DNA of 64,000 bases, taken from assembly GCA_000146465.1 (NCBI GenBank), contig CP001950.1, one strand, 5' to 3'. Positions within the stretch are counted from its first letter, which is position 1. Each line of letters opens with the position of its first letter. A program made the translations under genes and the position numbers. The notes under the pieces are model-generated. The model saw nothing but the letters and a program-made list of their open reading frames with translations. It was not told where the DNA came from and did no database searches. This document shows, piece after piece, positions 48,287 through 58,512 of this stretch.

Positions 48287-49819
48287 ATGGTTAGATCATG
48301 TGGATCTGGAAATCAATATGACCCGCCCAAGGCTACAAAATTTAGTCGAGGCTCAAACAAATATGTGATGGAAATGCCCATGAAAAGCATGACGGAGGAT
48401 ATAAAGAAAGAAGGAAAGAAAGGTGGAAGAAATAGAGAAAAAGAATCTTGGAAGAAAGGAGAATTCTTAGGGAAGAAGTATGTGGAAAGAAGCTCTGCCG
48501 GATTGAGTAATATTCGAAGATCCGAGGAGGAATTCCAAGGAAATGGCAAAGATGAAGAAAGAAACAATTTGGAAGGAAAGACAAATAGGAAAGAAACGAG
48601 AGACACAAAGACTAATTCTTTGGAGCTTTCCCTATTGAATAGAACAGCAGAAAGTGATGGAGGTGTGTTCTTGTCTAAAGACGTAAGAGAAACAGAGAAC
48701 GTGAAATGGGAGATATTTGGACTTAAACCCAAACTATTGAAAAGAATACAGGATATTGGGTATAACTTTCCTTCCCCTGTTCAAGTAGCGTCCATCCCAC
48801 ATGCTTTGAAAGGAAGGGACATGCTTGTTAGATCGAAAAACGGGACTGGAAAAACAGCATCCTACACAATTCCTATTCTTAATGCAATAAATCCTGAGGA
48901 GCTGAATATTCAAGGGATTATATTGGTTCCCATAAGAGAGCTTGCATTGCAGATATCGAGAAATGTCAAAAGGTTATCCGAAGGGATGGGAGTGATATCA
49001 GCACCTATTGTTGGAGGAACAAACATGCAGGATGACATCATAAGGGTGTCCAATGGTGTCCATGTGATGGTAGGAACACCTGGGAGAATAGTGGATCTTA
49101 TAGAAAAGAAAATTGGAGTACTTTCAAAGAAGATCATCTTAGTGTTTGATGAGGCTGATAAACTACTTGATGTGACATTTGGAGAGACGGTCACAAGGCT
49201 CCTGGATATCCTGCCAAGAGAAAGACATATATTATTGTACTCGGCGACATTTCCATATTTTGTTACAGGGTTCATCAAGCGGTACATGAGAGATCCACTG
49301 TGTCTCAATCTGATGAAGGAGCTTGTCCCTGTAGGAGTTAAACAGTTTTATACAATTGTAAAGCCTTCAGAAAAGCTTCTTTGTTTAAGATCGCTTCTTC
49401 TGAAACTAAAAATCAATCAGTGTGTGATATTTTGCAACAATATCAAGACTGTGGAGCTTCTGGCTATGAAGGTTACTGAGATTGGGATTCCTTCCTACTT
49501 TATCCATTCGAAAATGACACAAGAAGATAGGAACATAGTATTCCATAACTTTCTGAAGGGAAAGTGCAAGATTCTAGTTGCAACAGACCTCATAACACGT
49601 GGTGTTGATGTTCCCAACACAAACTATGTGATTAACTTTGATATTCCTAAGTCTCCTGAATCCTACCTTCATAGAATTGGAAGGGCAGGTAGGTTTGGAA
49701 CGCCAGGTGTTGCCATAAGTCTGGTTACGACAGAAGAAAAAGAAATGCTAGCAGACATAGAAGTAAAGCTGGGGAAAGAAGTATCTCCTCTCTCAGACGG
49801 AGGTCTAGATCGCTTATGA
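48287..49819 (+). CDS. DHH1: Dhh1/DDX6-type DEAD-box helicase with a K/E-rich N-terminal extension
   Basis: FPSPVQVASIP, MLVRSKNGTGKTASYTIPIL (ARAKNGTGKT signature), VFDEADKLL, SAT, HRIGRAGRFGTPGVAISLV. The ATG directly follows the upstream stop; the true start may be an internal Met. Confidence 0.75.
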   Translation: MVRSCGSGNQYDPPKATKFSRGSNKYVMEMPMKSMTEDIKKEGKKGGRNREKESWKKGEFLGKKYVERSSAGLSNIRRSEEEFQGNGKDEERNNLEGKTNRKETRDTKTNSLELSLLNRTAESDGGVFLSKDVRETENVKWEIFGLKPKLLKRIQDIGYNFPSPVQVASIPHALKGRDMLVRSKNGTGKTASYTIPILNAINPEELNIQGIILVPIRELALQISRNVKRLSEGMGVISAPIVGGTNMQDDIIRVSNGVHVMVGTPGRIVDLIEKKIGVLSKKIILVFDEADKLLDVTFGETVTRLLDILPRERHILLYSATFPYFVTGFIKRYMRDPLCLNLMKELVPVGVKQFYTIVKPSEKLLCLRSLLLKLKINQCVIFCNNIKTVELLAMKVTEIGIPSYFIHSKMTQEDRNIVFHNFLKGKCKILVATDLITRGVDVPNTNYVINFDIPKSPESYLHRIGRAGRFGTPGVAISLVTTEEKEMLADIEVKLGKEVSPLSDGGLDRL

Positions 49820-49926
49820 AAGTAACATAGATAAGAATCAAGAATAAGAATAAATATTTTTGAGTTTCATCAATATCTTAAGCATCCATTAGCTTTAATA
49901 CGATCGATTGTGATGTCTAAATCCTT

Positions 49927-51189
49927 CTATTTTTCTTCATCTCCATCTTCTTCTTTTGGAGGCACAAAGTATGGAATCTTCCCTCGGACCCAGTCATGAA
50001 GGATCATTTTAGAAACGGTATTGGTATTGGGTTCTCCCCCCTTCTGTAGTTTACCAAACTTAATTGCGAGTCTTTCAAGTAGGTCTGTAGAATCAAGAAA
50101 TTGAATTCTATATGTCTTTGATATAGAATCCCTAGCCTTTTCAACTATCATATCAATATAGTCTTCTGGATCCTCGATGTTTTCAATTCTTACAGCACCT
50201 CTAAGGACCGCCTGATCATAGTCAGGAATAGGGACAATTCCCGGGCAGTCTATAAGGTAAATCCCTCTTGTAAGTGCTATATACTGCCATACCTTGGTTT
50301 CCCCCGGAATAGGAGCAACTTTGCACACTTCCTTGTTTCTTAAGGTGTTTATTATACTGCTTTTTCCTGTGTTTGGATATCCAACAAATCCAACGCTTAG
50401 ATGTCTCTTCTTGTATAGTTTGCTAAGCTGCTTCAACAGATTTATAAGACTGGCCTTTCCATAGTTGTTTGTTACTGAATTTGAGTGATATGCTATAGTA
50501 GGATGAGACTTTGAGAGACGTTTTAGCCACTTGGCAGTTACCCCAGTAGGAACAAGATCCACTTTGTTCAGTACATACATAAGATGTTTATGAGGCGCTT
50601 CCTCCTTAATGTAACTGGCTATTTTATCACACATGGTTCCCAAAGGATCTCTTGCATCGAGAACATGAACAATCACATCGCTGCTGTCTAGAACCTTGTA
50701 CAACTCAAGCCATATTCGATGGCTCTGGCCCTTCACATGGTCTTTCTTGACTTCTTTCTTTTCCTCTTTGGCTTCCTTGGCTTTCTGAGACAATTCCTCA
50801 AGACTGCTGTACTGAAGATTTGGTTTCTTCCTTACAGATCTTTTTCCAAAAACCTCCTCAAAGTCTCCGCGCTTTTTCTTCTTTGTTCCATCTTCAAGAA
50901 GAGAGTATGGTACCTTTCCAGTGCTAAGCAATACATTATATGGGCTTTCTATCTTTGTCTCTAGTCTAAATGCATCTAGTTCGGTGGATGATATCGTTTT
51001 TGACCCGGTAAACCACTTCCTACTTGGCTCAATTCTTCCAACATCAGCCTTCGAGTTTTGGAAAGGTGCATCTTTGATTATGTCTCCTCTTGAATTCTTC
51101 TTTGCTTTCCCAGACCTCAGCATTTCAAGATATTTCAGTTTCTTCTTGTTGTAGTAGTTTTCACGCATTCTCGGGGATAATTTTTTCAT
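49927..51189 (-). CDS. NOG2: Nog2/Nug2 circularly permuted nucleolar GTPase (60S biogenesis)
   Basis: DSSDVIVHVLDARDPLGT, LNKVDLVP (G4 before G1), VGFVGYPNTGKSSIIN, DCPGIV. Confidence 0.85.
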   Translation of the reverse strand: MKKLSPRMRENYYNKKKLKYLEMLRSGKAKKNSRGDIIKDAPFQNSKADVGRIEPSRKWFTGSKTISSTELDAFRLETKIESPYNVLLSTGKVPYSLLEDGTKKKKRGDFEEVFGKRSVRKKPNLQYSSLEELSQKAKEAKEEKKEVKKDHVKGQSHRIWLELYKVLDSSDVIVHVLDARDPLGTMCDKIASYIKEEAPHKHLMYVLNKVDLVPTGVTAKWLKRLSKSHPTIAYHSNSVTNNYGKASLINLLKQLSKLYKKRHLSVGFVGYPNTGKSSIINTLRNKEVCKVAPIPGETKVWQYIALTRGIYLIDCPGIVPIPDYDQAVLRGAVRIENIEDPEDYIDMIVEKARDSISKTYRIQFLDSTDLLERLAIKFGKLQKGGEPNTNTVSKMILHDWVRGKIPYFVPPKEEDGDEEK

Positions 51190-51265
51190 GCCTTAACATT
51201 CCAATCCAAAGCTGAAGATGTCTCTGCTTCCGAAAAAAGATTCCAAGGAAGACTCCAAGAAGTCT

Positions 51266-52225
51266 TCATATCCCTCCAAACATACGTCTAGCCTTTGAAT
51301 TAATATTTATCTCGAATATTTGATCCTCTGAGCTGGAGAATATCTTGTCATTCATCTCGGAAAAGACTGCTCCAGTTATCTGTTTATCAGGAAATATCTT
51401 GAGTCTTTGGCATCTTCTGAAGTCTCTCATATCACAAATAGTCAGAAACGAGAAATGCTCTGTGAAAAACAGCAGGTCAAGGGAATTCTTCAGAGAAAAC
51501 TTCACGTTCCGTACTGCTCCCTTATGACTATCCTTCTGCTTACTCTCAAACTTGTGAAGCATGCGGTCACTTCTTATGTCCCATATGCATACATATCCGT
51601 CCTGGGTTCCCACTGCAAATGAAGAGGACACACTGTTCCACGACACACTGAATCCCCCATCCTCGGTACTCTTCAGTTTTTTAACAAGCTTGTAGTTGTC
51701 GTTGTCTATAGAGTACAAAAATACGTCGTTAGAGTCTCCCACAATAACCAAAAACTTGTTGTCCGGGCTGATTCCGCAGCTGTTGACTTGTGCAATATGG
51801 TTTATACAACCGCTGCTCTGAAGATCCATTGTAAATACCTTTAAAGTTCTATCATTGTTGCATATGAAGATTCTGTTGTTGTTTATACATATATTATTGT
51901 TGATCGATGAACTTACAACCTGAGAAAGGACTTCGTTTGTGGAAAGATTCTTAACTTTGAGATGTCCCCTGGATCCTCCTACTGCCAGAATGTCATCTTT
52001 CAAGCAGATGGATGTAGGGAAGAAGTCCGTTCCTTCATACACCATTTTGGTTGCATTTTTATAGGGATCGAAAGACATTACATTGCATGCCTTGGGAAAG
52101 ACCAAGGATTCTCCTTTGATCTTAAGCATATCCTTGAGCTGCCAGTGCTGTGAAGTTACTCCAAAGTCACATATCTTATGCATATCATTCACCAGGTTGG
52201 AAACTTCCCGCGCTTCCTGTGACAT
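51266..52225 (-). CDS. WD40-repeat protein, unknown
   Basis: WD blades (DGYVCIWDIRS). Confidence 0.45.
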   Translation of the reverse strand: MSQEAREVSNLVNDMHKICDFGVTSQHWQLKDMLKIKGESLVFPKACNVMSFDPYKNATKMVYEGTDFFPTSICLKDDILAVGGSRGHLKVKNLSTNEVLSQVVSSSINNNICINNNRIFICNNDRTLKVFTMDLQSSGCINHIAQVNSCGISPDNKFLVIVGDSNDVFLYSIDNDNYKLVKKLKSTEDGGFSVSWNSVSSSFAVGTQDGYVCIWDIRSDRMLHKFESKQKDSHKGAVRNVKFSLKNSLDLLFFTEHFSFLTICDMRDFRRCQRLKIFPDKQITGAVFSEMNDKIFSSSEDQIFEININSKARRMFGGI

Positions 52226-52554
52226 TTGTTTGTTTAGTTTATGGATAAGACTTTCAATGATACTCGTTTTAGCAAAATAACCTTTAGAAGGCTGAGCAAT
52301 TCCTTAAAGTCGATGCAGAGTTGTACTTTCTGATGCAAGACTTTTATACAAACGCCTTATACATGGTTTAAGAACTCCTCCAGTTGAAGGATTTGGATCC
52401 CTTCTAGACTGTCATTGCTCATCATAAATTCTCTTATTATTTCTTTAGCATCTTCCGGATTCATAGAAACTTCTCTAGCAATCTCCAACTTACTGTTATA
52501 ATCCATCAAGGGGATTGGATTCGCTTCTTATGAAGTGGGAAATGGAGATCCCCA

Positions 52555-55155
52555 ATGGATTCAAACTGGAACACAAAGGACCTTTACCTACTGGCTTTGG
52601 AAGTTTCTCATCTTCACAAAATTGGCTATGGAGAGATAATGTCCATGAGACTCAGAAATGGAATTCAAATATCCTGTACTCTAGATAACGGAGAAGAGAT
52701 CGGGTTTGGGCATTTGTGGAGGTACGAAGGAGAAGAGGCAGAGACCAGATTCAAACTATGTTTGGTAGAAACACAGCTGAAAAATTCGACTGAGGGCGCT
52801 GTGGATCATTTACTGATGATTCTTCCCAACACCTCGAAAGCGAACCAGCTTACAATATTCATGATCTTCTATAAGCTTACCACAAAATATAAAGTATATG
52901 ATAAAAGAATCCTTCGCGAGTGTAAAGCACATTTGCATGCCATTCACTTAAGGTATCCCATTCTAAAGACATTGGTAGCATATACTCTCTTTAAAGAAGA
53001 TCTTGTTTCTGAGGAATTTACTGATGAAGAAATCATAGAAATGAATCTGGTAGATCCTAGAAACTTGAATCCAGAAAATCCAGACGCAGTAAGACTTGTG
53101 AAAAGATTGTTTTCTACTATCACCAAGACCTCCTTTAGATACTCAAGAAGAATATTTAAGCATATGGACGAGAAGTTCTTTTTTCATTTTCCCTTAGAGC
53201 TTAATGGAGTAGGATACTCACATCTTCGGGAACTGATTGGAGAGCTCTCGCCTAGAAAGGCTTTGTCTATTGGAGAAATAATTTGCAGCAGATCAGCAGT
53301 TCGGCTGTTCTTTCCCTTGAAGATAGACGACGTGGAGAGATTTTTCATTCACAAAGATGTAGAGGTTAGAATAGAATCGGTTAGACATATAGATACCGTA
53401 GGATTGATGAAGAGATTTCTTGAAGTTAACCAATTTATCTATAATCGAAATATGGTGAAGTTGTTGTCTAGGTATTTTCGTATATGGCTTGGAAAGAGAG
53501 TTAACGAAGAGCATGAGTTTAAGGTGATGTATACTGAGATTGTATCACCGATGCTTCGAAGCAGAAACACATATAGAAGACTTCTGGGGGTTCACTTGAT
53601 GGACTCACTTATAGATATAGGAGTTGTAGAACCATCAGGGCATTCCTGGTTATTATTTGATCCGGACTATGAGATAAGAAGTATCGTATGCAAATACAGT
53701 GGGTGGATTCCCTTAAACATAGAAGAGGCCAGAATAAGAATAGAAAGTTATCAATCCTATGATGTGAATGGATGTGTAGAATACATCAAGAGTTGCAGGC
53801 CAGAATGGCTTATTAGCGATCTGAAGGATATTTTGGATACCTATGCAAAGGACTTTATGAGTGGAAAAAAAGGCATAGAAGAGGTTCCAATATATGGATT
53901 TCTCAGACTGTTTTCAGAGGTAAAGAGTTACAACATAAAGATCTATGTAGACAGGGTTTACGAATACTGTTTTGGAAAACTCTCCAATGTTATTCATGAA
54001 CAAGATGACGATGGCCTAGTGGTCTATTGGAAAAATATGAAAGAATGTTGTAACTATTACTGCTCATTAGCACTAGAAGGGGACAAGAGTTCGGCAGCCA
54101 AACTTGTAAGAACTCTTCTCTATATCAATCATCTAGGTGTTGTATTACAGGTGTCTCAATACCTAAATAAGGTGCTTAGAAGTGTGGTTTTTCCCCAGGA
54201 CGAACTACTAGAGATAGTAGATCTATCGTTCAAAAGAATTCAAAATTGCAAGATCTTTTTCAGAAAAAGCGGAGGAATACCTTTGTTACTTGTACAGATT
54301 CTTAGGAACTATCCATCCATCATTAATTATGTTTTAGAAAGATTACTCGAAATGATTGACAAAGATGAAAACAATATCAAAGTTCATTGTTTGAACATTC
54401 TTAGCAGGATTATCGGGGATGGAAGTCTCAGCCCAAAAATACCTCTTCAGACGATCGAATTGTTCAAAATTTCCTTCAGATGTAGTAGATCCAGCCTTTG
54501 GGCCGTAAGAAATATAGGAATAGAAATATTTTCTCATTTAGTTCGGAAGGTGTTTGAAAGAGGACCTGAATTTATTGTTTCCATAGCCCACAAAGAATTT
54601 CGAAATCTGTTATATGAGGAGCTTAGTTCCTGTAGCCACAATAAGGATGACATTCTAGTGTTTCTTATACTCCATTTATATGGAAGAGTAAAGAAGCTAG
54701 ACGAGAGAGAAATGGAGTTGGTTAGAAGATTTTCGAGTAGAAGTGACCTGATAGGATTAGAGTCTAAGAGTATTTGCGAAGGAAAGGAATGCAGGAGACC
54801 TCAGTATCGGGAGACGAGAATAAAATTTGATGACAAAATGAACGAAGGAGAAATACTTCTAAGATTGCTAATCCTCTTGGACTCGGAGCAACCTGAGGAA
54901 AGAAGAATGGCCGAGTCTTATATGAAAGATGTTTACAAATTATCTCTGTATTCCGAAGAGTATTTCAGACATTACATAGCAAAAAGGATATGCAGAATTG
55001 GATACAAAGATGTTGCAGTTAAGAAGCTTCAGGAATATGGGCTAGGTGTTGAAAAATCTCAGAGCTGTTTCTTTAAAGATTCTCCATCCAATGAACGCTT
55101 TGATCTGGAATATAACATATCTCTCATAGAGAAGTATAAAAGTCAAAAATGGTAA
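52555..55155 (+). CDS. Large (866 aa) helical-repeat protein of unknown function
   Basis: Uninterrupted ATG ORF with CCCC upstream; predicted alpha-solenoid-like; no recognisable motifs. Confidence 0.45.
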   Translation: MDSNWNTKDLYLLALEVSHLHKIGYGEIMSMRLRNGIQISCTLDNGEEIGFGHLWRYEGEEAETRFKLCLVETQLKNSTEGAVDHLLMILPNTSKANQLTIFMIFYKLTTKYKVYDKRILRECKAHLHAIHLRYPILKTLVAYTLFKEDLVSEEFTDEEIIEMNLVDPRNLNPENPDAVRLVKRLFSTITKTSFRYSRRIFKHMDEKFFFHFPLELNGVGYSHLRELIGELSPRKALSIGEIICSRSAVRLFFPLKIDDVERFFIHKDVEVRIESVRHIDTVGLMKRFLEVNQFIYNRNMVKLLSRYFRIWLGKRVNEEHEFKVMYTEIVSPMLRSRNTYRRLLGVHLMDSLIDIGVVEPSGHSWLLFDPDYEIRSIVCKYSGWIPLNIEEARIRIESYQSYDVNGCVEYIKSCRPEWLISDLKDILDTYAKDFMSGKKGIEEVPIYGFLRLFSEVKSYNIKIYVDRVYEYCFGKLSNVIHEQDDDGLVVYWKNMKECCNYYCSLALEGDKSSAAKLVRTLLYINHLGVVLQVSQYLNKVLRSVVFPQDELLEIVDLSFKRIQNCKIFFRKSGGIPLLLVQILRNYPSIINYVLERLLEMIDKDENNIKVHCLNILSRIIGDGSLSPKIPLQTIELFKISFRCSRSSLWAVRNIGIEIFSHLVRKVFERGPEFIVSIAHKEFRNLLYEELSSCSHNKDDILVFLILHLYGRVKKLDEREMELVRRFSSRSDLIGLESKSICEGKECRRPQYRETRIKFDDKMNEGEILLRLLILLDSEQPEERRMAESYMKDVYKLSLYSEEYFRHYIAKRICRIGYKDVAVKKLQEYGLGVEKSQSCFFKDSPSNERFDLEYNISLIEKYKSQKW

Positions 55156-55210
55156 ATAATTTCCAAGAATTTTTTAATTGGATCAGATATTATAGAATAT
55201 TAACTTTAAA

Positions 55211-56554
55211 TTAGGGCTGGCACCTTGAAACTTTTCTTGGATAGAGTGTGGCTTCGTCAACATTCTCATACCTCATAAGACCCATCAAGAACCTTTCAAA
55301 CCCAAGACCGTAGCCTCCATGTTTACATGGGCCAAACCTTGCCATGTCAAGGTACCAATAGTATGGATCAATGTTAATGTCCTCTCTCTTAAATCCCTCG
55401 ATTAGATCTTCATAAATGTCTTGCCTCATAGAGCCCCCGAGAATTTCCCCAATTCCTGGGAACAAGAGATCAACACTTTCTGTCCAATCCTTGTTTCCTT
55501 TGTCCTTTCTCATATAGAAAGGCTTCTGTTCCACAAGGAAATTTGTTAGAAACACAGGACACCCATCTCCTATGGCCTCAACAATATACCTCTCTGCTGC
55601 ATCGGGAATATCATCTCCAATTTCAAAGTCCGTTCCATCTTCTTTTTTATAGCCTTTACTATTTAGAAAGTCTATAGCCTCAGAATACTTGATCTTCTTA
55701 AACGGAGTTTTTGGAATCTTGTGAAATTCGAATTTTGGATATAAACTCAAAATATCGTCTTTCATTCCTTCATAGAACTTCTCCATCGAATACGAAATAA
55801 GAGACTCGATGGATGACATAAGTTCACTGAAATCGATATCTGCAAGTTCTGCCTCGACATGAGTATACTCACTTAAATGCCTTCTTGTTCTGCTCTTCTC
55901 TGCTCGGTAAGACGGCATGATACAATATGCACGGTGTGAAACCGGCACTACAGTTTCAAGATAAAGTTGCGAAGATTGAGTCAGGTAAGCATCTTCACCA
56001 TAGTAGTCCAGCTTAAAAAGAGTGCTTCCTCCTTCTACTTGTGTTTGGACCATTGTGGGAGGTGTAATCTCCGTATACTCCTTGGCAAAATAGAAATCCC
56101 GTATGATCTTCAGAAGATATCCTCGAGCCTTAAGGAACAGTTGGCGCTTCTTTGTTCGGAGGGCCAGGTGGGCGTTTGTGAGTATAGCGTTTACCGAAGA
56201 TTCCTCATTCAGTGGGAAAGATGGTGCTATAGCATCGTTGTATATTTCAACCTTCTCAACCTGTATTTCAAACTCGTAAGCATCCTTTTTCCCAAAGTTC
56301 TCCGCCACAGTACCATAAATAGTCATGGAAGTGCACATGGTCAAATGCATCTTTTTCGGGTAAACACACTTTACTGTCTTATAGTGGGCATACAAATCAA
56401 TGAACGTTATTGAGGATTGTGATCTTACATTTGTAACCCATCCAAAGGTTCGGATCTTCTGCCCAATATTTTCCTTTGTCAGCTTGGATAGCTCAATTCT
56501 TTTGTATTCAGAAAAATCCAATTTGGAAATTTCTTCTTCGATTTTTCCAGACAT
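55211..56554 (-). CDS. Asparaginyl-tRNA synthetase (class IIb)
   Basis: GGSTLFKLDYYGEDAYLTQSSQLYLE, SYRAEKSRTRRHLSEYTHVEAE, GGSMR, HGGYGLGFERF align throughout with cytosolic AsnRS. Confidence 0.9.
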   Translation of the reverse strand: MSGKIEEEISKLDFSEYKRIELSKLTKENIGQKIRTFGWVTNVRSQSSITFIDLYAHYKTVKCVYPKKMHLTMCTSMTIYGTVAENFGKKDAYEFEIQVEKVEIYNDAIAPSFPLNEESSVNAILTNAHLALRTKKRQLFLKARGYLLKIIRDFYFAKEYTEITPPTMVQTQVEGGSTLFKLDYYGEDAYLTQSSQLYLETVVPVSHRAYCIMPSYRAEKSRTRRHLSEYTHVEAELADIDFSELMSSIESLISYSMEKFYEGMKDDILSLYPKFEFHKIPKTPFKKIKYSEAIDFLNSKGYKKEDGTDFEIGDDIPDAAERYIVEAIGDGCPVFLTNFLVEQKPFYMRKDKGNKDWTESVDLLFPGIGEILGGSMRQDIYEDLIEGFKREDINIDPYYWYLDMARFGPCKHGGYGLGFERFLMGLMRYENVDEATLYPRKVSRCQP

Positions 56555-56697
56555 TAGTAGGGGCTCTTTAATTTTTTAAAAAGACTATGGGCAATGGAAA
56601 TAGATCAAATAATACCAAAGGACATTGATTAACTTCAAAATGGCAACATACAAGATAAAAAATTTAAGGTCTAAAGTTCTTGAAACCTTCCCCATAG

Positions 56698-58008
56698 ATG
56701 CAGAAGAGGAATGTTTATGCAGTTCCGGATCTCCCGGTAAAGGAAATAATGCAATACTTCAACGAGATGGAAATAAACATAAAGGCAAGCGACATTCTTA
56801 AGCCAACGCCTCAGTCAACTCAAAGGATCTATGAGATATTACTAGAGGTATATTGTGGAATCAAGACATCCGACCTAGTATCCAGAACAGAGAGCACAGA
56901 AGGGTTTGAAGAATCCTTGTCATACCTTCTTCTCCAGAAGCGAATGGAAGGCTTTCTCAGGAAAATAGGCATGGACAACTTTGGGCTTCGAGACCTTTCT
57001 CCAGATTCAAAAAGGCTTATTGGAATTCTGAGTGTTATTGTAAACTTCTCGATGTTTAGAGATAACAAAAGACATGTTTACGAGAGAGTATGCCAAGCTA
57101 ACGACGAGAAGCTACTTTTGAAGAACGAGATAGATGAAAGAGTTTATAATGCCCGAAAAGAGCTTGAGAAGTGCGAGAAAGATGCAAAAAAGAGTGTTGA
57201 GGACGCAAAGGAAGTTGAAAAAGAGATTTCTCTACTGGAATCTGAGCTTAAAGACTTCTACAAGCATCAAAGAGCCCTAGTACAGGAAACAGAAAGAATT
57301 AAAGCAGAGAGGAATGAGTATAGTGACAAGCTGAGTTCTTTAAGGCTAATGCTGCTTAACTTCAGTCAGGAAATAACCTGTTTGAAGACACAGGTTGTAA
57401 GTGATCCCACAAAGCTCATGGAGCTTCTTGAAGAGATGAGGAGCCTAATTTCCAAGGAGAACGAGATAATAAGGGGACTGGAGACAAAGAGAATAGGTCT
57501 CAAGGAGAAAACCGAATTTATGGAATTGATGAAGGAAGACACAATGAAGGCCATTACACTGGCGATTTCCAACAGAGAGGCTGGGAAGACTGTTGATAGA
57601 ATAAACAGGGAGATATCTGAGCTAGAGGTTCAGATAAAAAACCTTGACTCTGGCATTAATGCCTTAAAGATCCGCCTGAATCACGTGAATAGGCAGATTT
57701 CCCACATCGAATCAAAAATATTTAACCTTCAGGATAACGACAAAAGATGCTCTGAAGAAATATCTGCAAAGCTTGAAAAGCTTAAAAACAACTACGGAGT
57801 TGTTTCGGGGGAAAGAAACACCATAAGAAAGAAGATCGAGGAGAATGTAAGGCAGACTAAGAACATAGAATATGAATTAGTAAAGAAGAGAAACGAACAT
57901 ATTAACGACATAACCGCCATACAATCAGCATTATGCAGGCTCAAGGACGACATCTTCAACTACTTTGCCGAGGCCAAAGGAGTGATTGATAAGACCATGT
58001 CCAGCTGA
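56698..58008 (+). CDS. NUF2: Kinetochore protein Nuf2-like (CH domain plus coiled coil)
   Basis: N-terminal DILKPTPQSTQRIYEILLEVYCGI resembles the Nuf2 calponin-homology signature; a long heptad coiled coil follows. Confidence 0.5.
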   Translation: MQKRNVYAVPDLPVKEIMQYFNEMEINIKASDILKPTPQSTQRIYEILLEVYCGIKTSDLVSRTESTEGFEESLSYLLLQKRMEGFLRKIGMDNFGLRDLSPDSKRLIGILSVIVNFSMFRDNKRHVYERVCQANDEKLLLKNEIDERVYNARKELEKCEKDAKKSVEDAKEVEKEISLLESELKDFYKHQRALVQETERIKAERNEYSDKLSSLRLMLLNFSQEITCLKTQVVSDPTKLMELLEEMRSLISKENEIIRGLETKRIGLKEKTEFMELMKEDTMKAITLAISNREAGKTVDRINREISELEVQIKNLDSGINALKIRLNHVNRQISHIESKIFNLQDNDKRCSEEISAKLEKLKNNYGVVSGERNTIRKKIEENVRQTKNIEYELVKKRNEHINDITAIQSALCRLKDDIFNYFAEAKGVIDKTMSS

Positions 58009-58051
58009 GAGTTTTAGAAGTTTTATCTGAGGAGAATTTTAATCCCTCAAG

Positions 58052-58306
58052 ATGGTTCCGGAATCTGTCAATAACCTTTACAAAGATCTTGAGTCTGTGA
58101 TTCTTCAGTTCAAATCTCCAGCATTTGGAAACTATTTCCTCAAGAAAGCTAAGGAAGAGTTTGATAACATCAGCATCCAAACCTCAAAGCAGAAAGATGA
58201 AGGGGCGATTGAGAGATATTTGAAAGATCAAGGAGAACTCCTGGATGTTCTTCGAAGACAAACAACCATTTACAACATGTTCTATGACGAGTCAAGTGGA
58301 ATATGA
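58052..58306 (+). CDS. ISD11: LYR-family protein, Isd11/LYRM4-like (Fe-S cluster biogenesis)
   Basis: NLYKDLESV...FGNYFLKKAKEEF...LLDVLRRQTTIYNMFY follows the LYRM4 pattern LYR..L....F..YNYR.YA.RRIRD.F...L...RQ..I..LY. Confidence 0.6.
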   Translation: MVPESVNNLYKDLESVILQFKSPAFGNYFLKKAKEEFDNISIQTSKQKDEGAIERYLKDQGELLDVLRRQTTIYNMFYDESSGI

Positions 58307-58512
58307 CAGTTTGGGCGACTTGATTGTTGTTGAATACATGCTATAGGTTTGAAATCCCGTCAAAGTCCTAGGAATATCCATTGATATACCCGAGGGGAAA
58401 ATGAAGAGAATTGAAGGAAGGCCATTTCCGAGACTCTGTAGCTTCTTAGCAATAAAGATCTTATCAAGCGATTTTTTGAGAAGGATATTTATAGAGGGAA
58501 TTTCTATAGCCC

